Part shown: positions 40,721 through 54,418 of the stretch, in pieces
Numbering within the stretch: the first letter of the stretch is position 1
How the letters are laid out: each line of letters starts with the position of its first letter
DNA from: Octopus vulgaris
Lineage: Eukaryota
Length of the DNA: 64,000 bases
Assembly: GCA_951406725.2 (NCBI GenBank)
Contig: OX597814.1
Span: 93,620,001-93,684,000, forward strand
Direction: 5' to 3'
The notes under the pieces: model-generated
What the model was told of the DNA's origin: nothing
Seen by the model: only the letters and a program-made list of their open reading frames with translations
The model's database searches: none
Made by a program: the position numbers and the translations under genes

Positions 40721-43181
40721 TTACTATTATGCTAGTTTTATTTTTATTTTCTCTCTTAAAAAGTTAAATCCAAGACAATAACTTCGTTTATAAGCTTATT
40801 ACAAAACTACTAATTTTTTTTAAAACCAAACTTACTAACGGCTTCATTTTCATGTATAGATTTGAGGGACATCCTGTTATGGTTTTGGGGGTTATTCTGC
40901 ATTTAATACAGCATCTAGCTTCACAATTAACTACTAGATATGGGAGTTAGTTTTAAACCCACATAAGAATTTTTAAAAACTCAATATATATCGGTGTTTA
41001 ATTAAAGCTTCTAATTCTTGATGACAACTTAATGATCATAATGTTAATTAAGCAATAATTACGAAAACATCACGCTGTGTAAAATATGGATTATTTTCAT
41101 AATCATATTCTGGAGAGAAAAAAACGGTTGCTTTCCGTTTTCTCCATCGACTGTTGAGCGCTGTAGACAAATGGAAAGTTCTTAATAATTCATATCTATA
41201 TGTGTTCATTAAATGTTATATATTTCTAGATAGTGACTTAAGTGGAGAGAGAGAGAGAGAGGGAGAGAGAGAGAGAGAGTGAGGGGGAGAAAAGTGGAGA
41301 GAGGGAGAGAGAAAAAGTGGAGTGAGAAGGAGAGAGAGAGAGAGCGGGGAAAGACAGTTTGCATGAATAGCAAAGTGCCATTGAACTATATATTTGCAAA
41401 GTGGACTAATGCGATATCAGTTTGATCGCAGAGAAACCGGGATTTACCACTCTCAATGAGACTAGTATAAGTCATGTAGAAGAAAGTTTAGATGAAATTG
41501 AAGAACACTCTTTTAAATTAGTTCAGTTCGTTCGGTATTGCAATTAGAACATTTTGTATTCTTAGCAAGAAAGTCTTAGTTCAATCCTGGCATTAAATTC
41601 TGGTTAATTTTCTTTCACTCTATATTTCTTTACAAATATATAACATCTAATATCATTCTTATGAAATACCTTGGCTGTTAAAATATAATTTGTCATTTAC
41701 ATCGGTTGCTATACTTGGACCCTATATTACGTTTGTATGTTGAATTAAGTTGAGTATATAGATTATCAGCAAAAATTACAACATAGACTATGAGTATCTC
41801 GGTTTCTCATTTATTCAGACGATACACTAGGGAACCGAATGAAATGTAGTGCTATATACTTTTGACAAGCAATTATATATGTTCATTGAAAACCATATCA
41901 CGTAACTGAAATGCGGTCTAACATGAAAAGTGTTATAAGAAAACATTTTGAACAATAGTCGGTTTAGTTAACTGGTGATTCACTCAAAAGATGAGAAGGA
42001 ACAAACAAAGCATTTCCAAGAGCTTTAGATCTACTACACAGTCACCTCAGAGTATTTCTGCAAGAGTTTGGGATTATTATATAATGAATAAAAGGCAAAC
42101 CAACTCATGATATATTAGAAGGTCGACAGAAAGTGAAGGCAAATATCCTTCAAATTACAAATTACTACATTAAAAGAACCTTTTAGAGTTGCCCTCGGTA
42201 GTGTTTTGTGAATGTTGCTGTATCGCTTTGCATATATGTGAAGTACCTATAAAAGCTATGAGGAAACAGAATCGAATGATTTCTTGTAATCCAGTCAGAG
42301 TGTAAGGAAATTCTTCCTTTGATTTTATGCCTCTGATTTTAGAGTTTTCTTTTAGGAGTCGTTCACCATACTTTGAATTTTTTTTTACTTTTTCTTTCCA
42401 AATCCTTTACTTCCAAGATGCTTGTTCATCCGTGAAGATATGCTATCATGGTGGTCCTGGAGGAATAGGTTAGAAATGTTATATGCATTTCAAGCATAAA
42501 ATCCTGTCATAGCATTGGTCGGTGGTTCTTTACAATGTGGCTAGCTTTGTTTTGCCTTATCAGACATGTTTCTTCCGATGCCAGCGAGATAAATATATAT
42601 AAATCCACACTGAGAACTTGCTGGCAAAAGCCGATAAGACACCCTCGTTAGAAGATCAGTATTTTTGTTCCTGGAGCCACCACTCAATTCCTTTCCTGGT
42701 GATTTCCTTGCCTGAACTGATTCTGTCACATTCCCAAGGGTATCACCATAGATGCCGTATGTTTCGGGCATAATATTAGGTCAATAATTATTTCGAATTT
42801 CTTCACGTCACAGTAATTCTTGATTACACCACTTTTTCTCACTCGAGAATGAACCATATCTGTATGGGAAGTTGTCGCTGTGACTTCTGTTCACCGTTCT
42901 CCCATATTTTTGTAAACTGTTGATTGATTTCGACTGAATTTTTTTGAAACTTATTTTTCGTTCAGCTGCTGTTCGCAATGCCATTTCTCTCACTGTCGAC
43001 TTTTAAATCTTGTTTGAAGCGATCAATTTATACTCAAGTGGGTTTTTTTATGACTATTTTTTGTATTACACACACAAGCACACACACACATTACAAACAC
43101 ACATACACACATACAAATGTATATATATATGCATATATGCACATATGTATATGTGTATTTATAAGTATATATAAATAAATA

Positions 43182-43241
<60 letters not shown>

Positions 43242-43366
43242 GGTCTCGGGTTGAGTCGGGGTTAACCACAGTAAATAAGGTACTCAATACATAGCAGAGT
43301 AAATTAATTTATTTTATAGAAGGAGCTTCTACAGGACTAGAACTGTTTCATTCAAAAGAAATCATC

Positions 43367-43417
43367 AGCTTCCTGATGATTTCTTTTGAATGAAACAGTT
43401 CTAGTCCAGTAGAAGCT
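43367..43417 (+). ncRNA. Type I hammerhead ribozyme-like motif (right arm of palindrome)
   Basis: Stem I AGCTTC/GAAGCT, core CTGATGA, stem II TTC-tttt-GAA, GAAAC, stem III, GTA cleavage triplet. Confidence 0.7.
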
Positions 43418-43419
43418 CC

Positions 43420-43465
<46 letters not shown>

Positions 43466-43606
43466 TTACATTCGAAATATATATAAACTGTTTTAAATAA
43501 TAACTCCTACTAGATGTGTTGAATACCTCTTTCTTTCATTTGTCCACTCACCCATATATATACATATATACATATATATATACATACATACATACACACA
43601 CACACA

Positions 43607-44155
43607 CAAGGAAAAGTTCTTAGGTTCACCAAGTGACCTTCATGGAATATGAACAAATGAGGTGTATTTTCAATATAGTCCCCTCTGCGGTTCACTCACT
43701 CCTTCCACCGGCGTGGCATTGCTTGGGTCTCATTGCTGAAGAAGCTTTCATCTTGTTGGTTTAAAAGTCAACAACAGCGGATATGACGTCATAATCACTG
43801 TGATACTGGTTCCCAGTCAAGTGTTCTTTCATATTGGGTAAAAGTAGATAGTCAGATGGGGCCAAATTAGGGCAATAGAGAGGGTGATTAATCAGTTCAA
43901 AGTCACGGTCATGCACAGCAATCATTGATACCTAGGGCTCCCTTGCAAACCGACGAATGACTCCTAAAACCTTTTTCTTCAGTTTTTCCTGGGCGTTTAG
44001 TTTTGATAGTTGGCATAGTATATTCCTTTAATGTTGTGGCCCTTTTGAAGATAGTCAATAAGCACAATGCCTTTTGCATCCCCAAAAACTGAGGCCATCG
44101 CCTTTCTTGCAGATGAAACGACCTTGATACCCTTTAAAGCAGGTGAGAAGCAGTG
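43607..44155 (-). mobile_element. mariner (DD34D) transposase C-terminal relic
   Basis: [26 protein letters not shown]; HPLYCPNLAPSDYLLLPNMKEHL; RRWKE*VNRRGDYIEN. Confidence 0.9.
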
Positions 44156-44161
44156 TACATA

Positions 44162-44259
<98 letters not shown>

Positions 44260-45052
44260 CATACACCCGATCCGGGGATCCGAGTGTCGAAAGTTGGTAC
44301 GCTTCAAGTAGTGAATAGCAGATAGAGATCAAAAAGTGGACAGTATACGATAAGAAATAACAGCTTATCGAAGTTGCGAGGAAATTCGATAAACTGATAG
44401 TTCTATATAGCTCGCAGTTAGCAATTAGATAGACTACAAACGCAAATAGAAGTACAAACTGAGGGAGAGGATGAGGTAAAATGCACGTTACATGTGTCTC
44501 TAAAATTGCTGTAGCTCTGTATGTAATAGTTATGCAACGAGCTATGCCCAGCGTTGCTAACCATCTGGCTGAGATTATTTTAATGAAACGAAGTTAACTA
44601 CACCACAACGGTCAGTTTAACCGAACAGAGGAGTCAGTACTAATAAATAAAAAAGAATATTAAAACACAAAAGATCAAGGCGTGTGTCAAGAGAACCAAT
44701 GAGCGATAAAGCAAAGAATAAGATTATGGAAGAGCGGGTGTTGTTTAAAGTTGAGACGTAGGAAGGGAAGAAAGTGGAGGGGAAAAGGGGAGGTAAAAAA
44801 TGAAGAAAGAAAACAGAAAATGGTTGTTATCGTTAAGTGGAAAATATTGTATTCATAAACGTCCATCCAACAAAGGTGACGACAGATTTTTGACGACTAC
44901 TAGAATTCGATCGTTCATGTTAATAAGGGTATAGGGGTAGCTTTTGCTCTGCACAATACAAGGCGCCAGTACATCGGCATGCTCATCCACATGACGATGA
45001 ATACAGATATGCACACACGCACACACATACATGCAGACACACGCCACTCACT

Positions 45053-45104
<52 letters not shown>

Positions 45105-45225
45105 CATATATAAGGTATATATGCACCCACACATATTTGCGTAGGGAAAAAGGAGGGTGTGGTTATATGAACCTTGCTAGGAAAAAGTCAAAGAATAAAA
45201 GAGATATAGGGAGAAAGATAAAATA

Positions 45226-45267
<42 letters not shown>

Positions 45268-45268
45268 G

Positions 45269-45303
<35 letters not shown>

Positions 45304-45903
45304 CGTGTCTATGTGTATACACATATACATGTATATGTGTGTGCGTGCTTGTGTGTGTGTTTGTGTAATAGCTTAAAAGCTATATACTATCTTACGTAGT
45401 ATATAGCTTTTAAGCAAGTGACCCACCGAATAGGAAAATCTGAAAACAGATCTCTGACTTGATTCAGAAAATTTGTGGCAATTGCTTCCTCCAGAGTCAT
45501 AACCCAATGATGACCATATTCGTCGCAAAATATCATGTCAAAAACAATCGCAGTAATGAAAACATAAGAATCCAAAATTTCAAGATTACAGGTCTGGATT
45601 TGATACGGTGCACTCACGGCGTTATGAAAATTATGAAAATTGCTATCATACAAAACAATTTATCGGAAAATGTCACGTAAAATAATCGCCGAAAATAATC
45701 AAAGTAACGAAAACTTAGGAATACAGAATTTCAGTATTGTGGGTCCGGATTCAGCTCGGAATGTTTTTAATTTTCTCACGGAGTCTGCCTGATTCTAAAA
45801 TGGTATGATAAGTTGGGCTACTGCCTCTAGGAGTAAAACTGAAAAAGTGTGACACACTGGGACATTGACATTAACATTAATCATATTATATTATAGTATA
45901 TCA

Positions 45904-46292
45904 AAGCTGCGAGCTGGCAGAATCGTTAGCACGCCGGGCGAAATGCTAAGCGGTATTTCGTCTGCCGCTACGTTCTGAGTTCAAATTCCGCCGAGGTCGA
46001 CTTTGCTTTTCATCCTTTCGAGGTCGATTAAATAAGTACCAGTTACGCACTGGAGTCGATGTAATCAACTTAATCCGTTTGTCTGTCCTTATTTGTCCTC
46101 TCTGTGTTTAGTCCCTTGTGGGTAGTAAAGAAATAGGTATTTTGTCTGCCATTAGGGTTTTGAGTTCGAATTCTGCCAAGGTCGACTTTGGGGTGGATAA
46201 AATTAGTACCAGTTACGTACAGGAGTCAATGTACCCGACTTAAATCCTTCTCCTAAATTTGAGACCTTGTGCTTCCAGTAGAAAGGATTTAT
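45904..46292 (+). mobile_element. Family-A SINE with internally duplicated 3' part
   Basis: Full head at 45904. GAGTTC.AATTC.GCC.AGGTCGACTTTG...AGTACCAGTTACG occurs twice (~45977 and ~46162). Confidence 0.88.
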
Positions 46293-46394
46293 TAAAATTG
46301 AAAAAGTGTAACACACTGATATTCACATTTATTATATTAGATATGTTTAATTTTGGGGAAACTTTATTTCAATTAAAGTGTATTTTATATACAC

Positions 46395-46428
<34 letters not shown>

Positions 46429-46434
46429 ATGTAT

Positions 46435-46479
<45 letters not shown>

Positions 46480-46848
46480 ATGTATTATAAATATATATAT
46501 ATATATATATATGTATTAAAGAAAGCAAAAAATAAAACAAAAATTGAGTGTTCAGTATGTTGGTTCAGTGTTCAGTATGTTGGCCACAGGAATTTCTGTC
46601 AAAGAGACATGGTTAAACAAAGCTGTACATCATCTTCCTTTTTCTCTCACATGCCCACTCTTTCTTTCTGTCTGTCTGTCTCTTTCTCATTACTGCACTC
46701 TCACCATCAACACTACTATTTTAAATAAAACATCAACTCACTCTCTAAATTTCTTTCTCTCTTTTTGTTAAGTGGAATGAATGTGAAATAATGTTGTTAC
46801 AAAGTTAGTTTCTTAATTATACAACCACCTCTGCGTGACTTGTGTGTA

Positions 46849-46889
<41 letters not shown>

Positions 46890-47081
46890 TACACACACAT
46901 ATGTCCTCTTCTGTTTTTAACTATTCAAAGTTTTCTTGTGAGGAAAGAGTTTGTTTCTAACAAAGATACAAAGCTCCATCGTTGTAATGTAGGTGACAAA
47001 ATCCATGTCATATTTTAAAGTTAAGATTACCATTGGATATTTTTACTGTTCTACTTACATATTGTATTTTTGACGTGTCTT

Positions 47082-47194
<113 letters not shown>

Positions 47195-47258
47195 AAACCA
47201 TAGAAAGTTAGGAGGTGTAAGATGTGACGGTATTTGCTTAACCAGCTGTCCATCCTTA

Positions 47259-47416
47259 GGCCTACGGCCGTTTCGCAGCCTTTTTCATGTAATAATGATT
47301 TTAGCATATAATAAATTATGTTTACATGCCTTTAATTATACATGTTTGCTGCGCATTATTCAGTTTGAATGTATATATACTAATGAATCAAAGTAAAGAA
47401 AGCTAGCTCATCAGAT
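47259..47416 (-). ncRNA. Hammerhead-like motif with ~130-nt stem II insertion
   Basis: Minus strand: CTGATGA (47414-47408), GCTAGCTTT...AAAGGCTGC, GAAAC-ggcc-GTA. Stem III is the palindrome ACGGCCGT. Stem I pairing is poor. Confidence 0.4.
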
Positions 47417-49014
47417 CACCGGAATATTATGGTTACACAAATGTTCTAACACCGTATATGTGTATGTTTCTAAGTATACAGGCATACGAGAAGAATATAT
47501 GGTGTTACCCGGAAAATAAAGAACACAAAAATATATTATTTGTAACAGATAAACTCATTTCTTAAATTAGTACTTGTATTTCAATAACACATTGCGAAAC
47601 GAAGTAACACAGAAACATTCCAGACATGCTGGTTAAACACATACTATTAAATGTTACGTTAAGCTCTAATCTAAATCATTGTATTTCTGACTCAGTGTCG
47701 GATTTTCCAGTATGATAATTTTCACAATATAAATTCACCTACGGAGTAAATATCTCTAATTTTCTGTTTACTTGTCTTTTTACATTTACCCTCCATTTTC
47801 CTATGCTTTGAATGCTCCATTTCATTCAATGAAAAATGAATTGTCTGATAACCTTACGGGGGGACTTAATTGTAAATTTTGTATTAAAATGATTAACTGA
47901 ATTTTATTGAAGTTGTTTATTAGACGCATATGTCTGAACTTGAAGGTGTTATCTTTTTCCTAGTTCTATCAGAAACATCTTTGATCAATCGATTTTCTTT
48001 ACCATATTCTTGATTAACTGTCTGAACATGTATTTCAATAAGTTGCAATGTCATCAAAGATGTTTAGTTCTGTTCTGTGAAAATGGTGGTTTTTCTGATG
48101 TCTAAATGTAATAGATCTTCAGTCTTTATCAAAATTTAAGCTGTTTGCTAAAGCATTGTTTTGCAACAATTTTAAGTCCTTAGTTCCAAAACAACCATCT
48201 TCAAAAACAGCATAAAAAATTTTTGAGAGATAATCAATAAATATGGTTGCCATATATCAGGTTTTCATGTTCGATTTTAGAATAAAATTCTTCATAGTTT
48301 TATATAAACGTCTCACTTGCTCTGCTCTGGTAATGGTTATGTTATATAATGTTATTTTTTTTACTATAAAATTAAATACAATGTCAGTCACAGTTTACTA
48401 TCTGCTACATTTTTCTGCAACAGAAACGAAGTATTCTGCAGAACAATGTAGAATGTGTGTATGAAATTCAAGAGGCTCATCCGAGCCCCCGACCTTTATA
48501 ATTCGTTTCATATAAAGTATTCTGAATAACTGAACATACTATGAAATTTTATGATTAGTACTTCGTGTCAAGTGCATTGTAAGCATGCGATACTTAAAGA
48601 ATACAGGAATCATCGTGTTACATGAGAAATTAGTCCCTGAAAAACTTGCTGTAACACAAAATAAATATCCACATTGATTTTCATGTCATTAAACGACAGT
48701 GCGTTCGGTGGAAATTTTCGAAGGAGACATAAAAAGCGGCACATCGAATTTTATGCATGAGAATAACAATTTCTTTATATACACAGTACAAAACGTACAC
48801 ATAAAACATTTGAAGTGAATGATATTCGAGAATACATAAGAATCGTAATATCGTATTAGGCTACATACTAGAAAATATGTTGACTCTGTGTGAGGGACGG
48901 TGATGGAATGAGTATTATTGGGAGGATAGGAGACACTATCTTCTATTTTATAGTTCGCAATCATCGACATTTACTTGAGAGGTGGGGAACTTGTTCACAA
49001 TTATTAGTTGTTTA

Positions 49015-49600
49015 TGGTATATCATCTTCGTACAGCTCAGTGTAGTAAGTGAAGTCATTGCTGACTCCTCTAGTGACTTTTATATTACGTTCATGATTAG
49101 TATCGTTATCAGCAATAAATTGCAGACGTTCTTCTGTAAGTGCCAGCCCTGCGGCATAAGTCGTTGTTGCAGTGAACTTTAAGTGAAGTTGTTGGAAATT
49201 GCCTATCCTCATCTGTATTTTCAACTTGCTTATTTTCGAACAGCATCCCATTCATTATGAGACACAAACAACTCATCTATAACATCCCCTATGGCTTACA
49301 GCCATATATCATTTGCAAATGTCCCAATATTTTTTTCGAATTTAATGTAGACTTTCTGCTTGTGGAAAACTTGTTAAATCACAGATACAGTCTGACCATG
49401 TATTTTCCCGGTCCGTGCAGCGAAGTAACGTCCCATTCTAAGTACGACATTAAATCTACTGAGTAATTTCTTGAGAACTTGGCTTAAATTTCTCTCTATT
49501 GTCACAAATCCACATGTTTACGCTATAGACGTTGCAAGCTTTAATGTTTTGGGAATATTCCTGATTTTTCTCCCACATTAAGCCTTTATATAACATCAGG
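49015..49600 (-). mobile_element. pogo/Tigger-like transposase C-terminal relic
   Basis: TWSDCICDLTSFPQ...GLALTEERLQFIADNDTNHERNIKVTRGVSNDFTYYTELYED resembles the Tigger tail (DPN.ERS..V.R....CY.ELY.E). Confidence 0.5.
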
Positions 49601-50439
49601 TTTAATATCCAATATTTTCCTTTTTTGTTCATCTTCGCATTATTACTTTCACTTCCGTTTGTTGCCTCCTTTCTAGACATCGTGAAAATTGGCAAACTTT
49701 TGGCTGAAATGTTGCAGACAATTCGATTGAGAAATCCCATAAGGAATCGGTTTATCGATTTTTCCACTCATCGATTGTTTGTTTTTTTTTTTTGTTTTCG
49801 TTTTTGGAGAACCTAAAGCAGTTAAAGATCCCATGAGTCCTAAGTAATGCTGGCATCAAGTTTGAACAAAATACATCAAAATTGGTAGACGTTATGGTTG
49901 GAAATGGGGTATAACCAATTTTAATGGGTAGTCCTATAAGGAATCGGTTTATCGATATGTTTCTCCTGATTAAATGGAAAACCCCATAAGGAAATAGTTT
50001 ATTGATTTTTCACCCCACATAGGACTTAACCGAACATTGTTGATTCAAAAACATCTATATTTATACTTTAAAGTTGGTTTTCATAACCAACCCAGTTCTG
50101 CAGAATCAGTGTCGCGACGGGAGCGCATGGGATGGGAGTTTGATCGGCAGAGTTGATCAGGTTGCATATGCCAACCCTTTTGAAAACACCCCCCCGCATC
50201 ATGTAACCCGACTTTACCCATGGGTTGAGAAACCTTCCAGCAAGGAAAATAGGACGCCCAAAAGGGCCCCCGATCCTCTGTGTGAGAAGCGGTTATGTTC
50301 AGATCACAACTAAGTATATATATATGGGCAACACACACACACACACACACAACACAAACATATACGTGCACACTCCTATTGCATACACATTTTTGCATGC
50401 CTTTGCCCCTGCCACTGTCCCACCACCACTTCCTACCTG

Positions 50440-50691
50440 TGTAATACCATCAATTAAAGCAAATTTGGCACCCAGACGTAAGTTTTGTAACAGGAAGAAA
50501 CATTGTTCACAAAATAATACCTGATCGTTTGCGAATGTGCGTGTCTACAGTCAACACGTAGGTTTTTTGCTCTGGTAACCTCTGCTCTCTCCCATGTTCA
50601 CACACGACCAGCTATATATCGCTATGAATGGAGCAAAGGATTCAGCTAATTTGGAAATTAGTTGTGGAGAAACGGAGAATATTGTTTATAT

Positions 50692-50695
<4 letters not shown>
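50440..50695 (+). mobile_element. Helitron PIF1-like helicase C-terminal relic
   Basis: NLAPRRKFCN (cf. RNL.P..GLCNG) and [32 protein letters not shown] (cf. FSHGQLYVA.SR...NL.I...T.NIVY). Confidence 0.65.
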
Positions 50696-50767
<72 letters not shown>

Positions 50768-50855
50768 GGGCAACACACACACATCCTGCCTTATATATAT
50801 ATACAGATAAAATAGTACAATTAGCTATCATCTTTGACGACACAGGGCCAGTTAG

Positions 50856-50889
<34 letters not shown>

Positions 50890-50891
50890 TG

Positions 50892-51011
<120 letters not shown>

Positions 51012-54000
51012 AATATACATACATATATATATATGTATGTATGGATAGATAGCTACTCATTGTGACGCAATCATTTAAAGTGAAAAATTCCATCTCATAC
51101 TCCGTGTTTATTGTGACAAAAAATACACAAACATTTGCATGTTCATGCACACTCACGCTCATATATATGTATACGTTTGTTTATGTGTTTGTATGTATAT
51201 ATTATGTATGCATGTATGCAGCAGAATTATAATTTTTCAAATTGTTCACTTCCGTCTTAGTCAAAACGACGAGAAGGAGTCTTTTTGCTTTTAAATTCTC
51301 AAAATTTAGCCGCATTTCCGTCAGGGTAAAATTACAGACCGTAGCTGAAAATCATGTAACCTGAGCTAACTGCAATGCGGGTATACCGATTTTTGGTTTA
51401 AAAGCCTTGCCAAGATTGTCTTATTTGTAAAATCACGCAATATCTTATCTGTAAGTAAACAAGATCTTTTTTTATCAGTAACATAATAGGGGACATTCTA
51501 ATGTTGTGAACAGAGATTAAAAGAATGCCTTGGACCATACTCTTTTGCAATGAAAATCTTGACTTTGACCAATTTTTAAGTGTGAGATAGAGAGAATAAA
51601 ACACCAGCAATTTTGAAGGGAGGGATGATCAATCAGTACCATCGATTCCAATACTTGATTGGTACTTTATTTATCGAATTCGAAAGGATGAAAATCAAAG
51701 CCGACTTCGGCAGGATATGATCTTAGAATGTAAAAAGTAGGAACAAATCCCAGGGAACGTTTTGTATTTATCATGCTCTAAAGCAGATTTTACAGAGTAG
51801 CTTGGAAAATCAAACACAAACGTCTAAATCTTAAACATTGGTATTTAGTATATTGCATGTGAAAACATTGCATTAGCATTTGATGTAAATATTTTATATA
51901 AAATTATATGCATATGTTATATGTGATTATGCATTATTGTTCGGTGTCTCTAAAAAATCGCATTGGCTTAGGAAAGAGTTAATCTAAATTATTAAATTTA
52001 ATACTTAGTTTTCGTCGTTTTACAGTACACTTGATTATTTTTACTAACTTACCAAGACTCTAAACTGCTTGTGTAAAAGTTTTGAGAATCTAAGCAATAA
52101 TTACGTTCAAAGATTTTAGATGTTTGCGCTACATTATTATATCTAAGGTTTTTTGTTTTGTTACTCTCAGTTATGACCTATAATTTTGATTATGACAAAC
52201 ATGCACAAATTCTTGCTATCTTTGTCACATCAAATTAAAAAGAAAAATGATTTTGAGAAAAAAACCCAACGAAAACAACCAAAAAAACTAACAGTAAAAC
52301 CACCCTTTTAATGTATGCTTATTTAGTAGTAGGGTGAACGTAAACAACGTAATATTTTATGTGTTAAGTAGGAAGAAAGTGAAATATACTGGTTTCATAT
52401 ACTTAAAATATTAGCTTGAATGAATTTCTATAAAAAATAGATATAAAAGGATATCAAAACCAAACGTGTATAGTACTAGAAGGTAAGATATGAACCAAGA
52501 GAGTGAGGAGAAAAAGGTTAAGAGGGGGAAGAGAGAGGGAGATAGATATAATAAAGAAAATTCAGAGGTTATCGTGATAGAAAATCATGGAGAAGATATG
52601 AAAAACAAACGAGAGCTGTTAGAAACTAAAGGTGGAGCGTTTCTGTTTTTGTTTTATATCTCGATTGCCATAACAGAAAATGGGAACACGTTTTCAAATA
52701 AAAATAAAAAAGATAGCTGATATAAGGAAATATTTTGTTTTTAATGTAATAATAATAGTTCTAAAGAAAAAAGTGTGCCCCGAAACTAAAACAATACAAC
52801 AAAGCAAAATAAAAAATACATGAAAACCAAACAAAGGACTCTAAACAAGAACAACCAAACAATTGTACCGGACTGATTCTCCTCCAGGCTTCTTTCCAAT
52901 GAAAAGTTGCTCAATCTTCCAAAGTGCTTCTTTTTTCTCTTTAGTGTTTCATACTATCTTCAATTAGACTATCTTAACGAACATGATGTTCCTATTCTTG
53001 TGAGAGAGAAATCCATCTGCCACACCATTTTTTCCCGACACTAATGCAAGAAGTAGCTCTCAACTAGGGTCCTTATGCGCCTTGGAGATCCATTTAAGAT
53101 TTTGTTGTTATACTTTAATAGTACACAAAATATTTTAACAATATTTTTTTATAATTCTTAATATTTAATTATAAAGATATAACAGGAGTTTTGAATCATC
53201 AAATAGTTATGAGGTTTCCCCCAAAGTAAAATAGGACCAAAGAAATCCTTACAGAAAGAAGAATTGAGAATCTCTGATTTAAGAGTTCTGACAACACCCG
53301 TTCCAGTCGTAATATTGTCCACGAAGCTCTCAGTAACATATCCGAACTTAATATGGAATCTGATGCGGAAGGGTACGGGTCATCTGAGTTCACGATGGTT
53401 TCATTACCTCAGGTGTGCAAACTATTATTAAGTCTGAGACAGCGTCAAATGTATTTACAGCAACACGAAGAACAAGTCAGTTCTCGATCAACACCGTCTT
53501 GCTTGCCACCAGATTATCTCGCAATCAAAACAAAATCCCTCGGCTCAATATGGTGCCCTCTTCGACGACCGGCACACTTCTCGACCATGAATGCATATGC
53601 ATTCGAGAGGACTTGAGTTGATCTGCGCTCCGGTTTCTGCGTTGTGAACCATTTAAAAGTCGTTGAGGAGCTAGCCGACGGCCGTCGTGTTCCGACAGTA
53701 CCCTTTCTATGTTTGTCACAGTACAGGACCTTTTCCCTATCCTGCTGCAGTAAATTATTTTAGAATTCATTATTCCTAGACCGAAACAAAGCAAACTGAC
53801 AGAATCGTTTGAGTATGGGACAAAAAAGAAAAGTATCCTCGCGATACTTGTTTCGACTCTTTAGATGCTGAGTTTATATCTTATCGGGGTCAACTGTGCT
53901 TTTTATCCTTTCAAGGTCGGTAAAATAACGTAATTAGTCAAGTCCTGAGGTAATGGTACCGACTAATCATTTCCCTCAAAATTGTTAGCCCTGTGCCTAA

Positions 54001-54365
54001 ATCGGAAACCATGATTTCTAGAGCGAATAAAACAAAATAATATGAAAGGCTCGATACTAGAAGCGTGTGAAGTAGGATAATGTGAAATGGCTCTCGTATT
54101 TCTTTCATAATTTTCTTGCAGGATACCATTAGTTTCTCGTTAGAAACACATCTTTTAGTGACACCGGCGTTCATATTACCACAAGTTCATTAAGTATATT
54201 GTTAAGTCTTTCAAATACAAATGGTGCTAATACAGGTTTCTTCTAAGAGTTTAAATATGTTCTGTTTGAAATAGCATGCTATTGCTAATTATCTTTCAAT
54301 ATTTTTGCCATTTCTTTTTCATTAATGATAATAATAATGATAATGATAATAATAATGATAATAAC

Positions 54366-54418
<53 letters not shown>

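Noticed and set aside
42360-43030. Tc1/maT-like transposase relic
   Set aside because: Similarity too degraded to support by eye. The same applies to a mariner-like hint at 58780-58980 and a Mutator-like hint at 20510-20760.
49736-50010. Possible CRISPR-like spaced repeats
   Set aside because: Only three copies, irregular spacers, eukaryotic context, no cas genes.
53199-53794. Cluster of GC-richer ORFs as upstream exons of the nucleotidase
   Set aside because: Interrupted by stops, no domain recognised; more likely a TE relic of unknown class.
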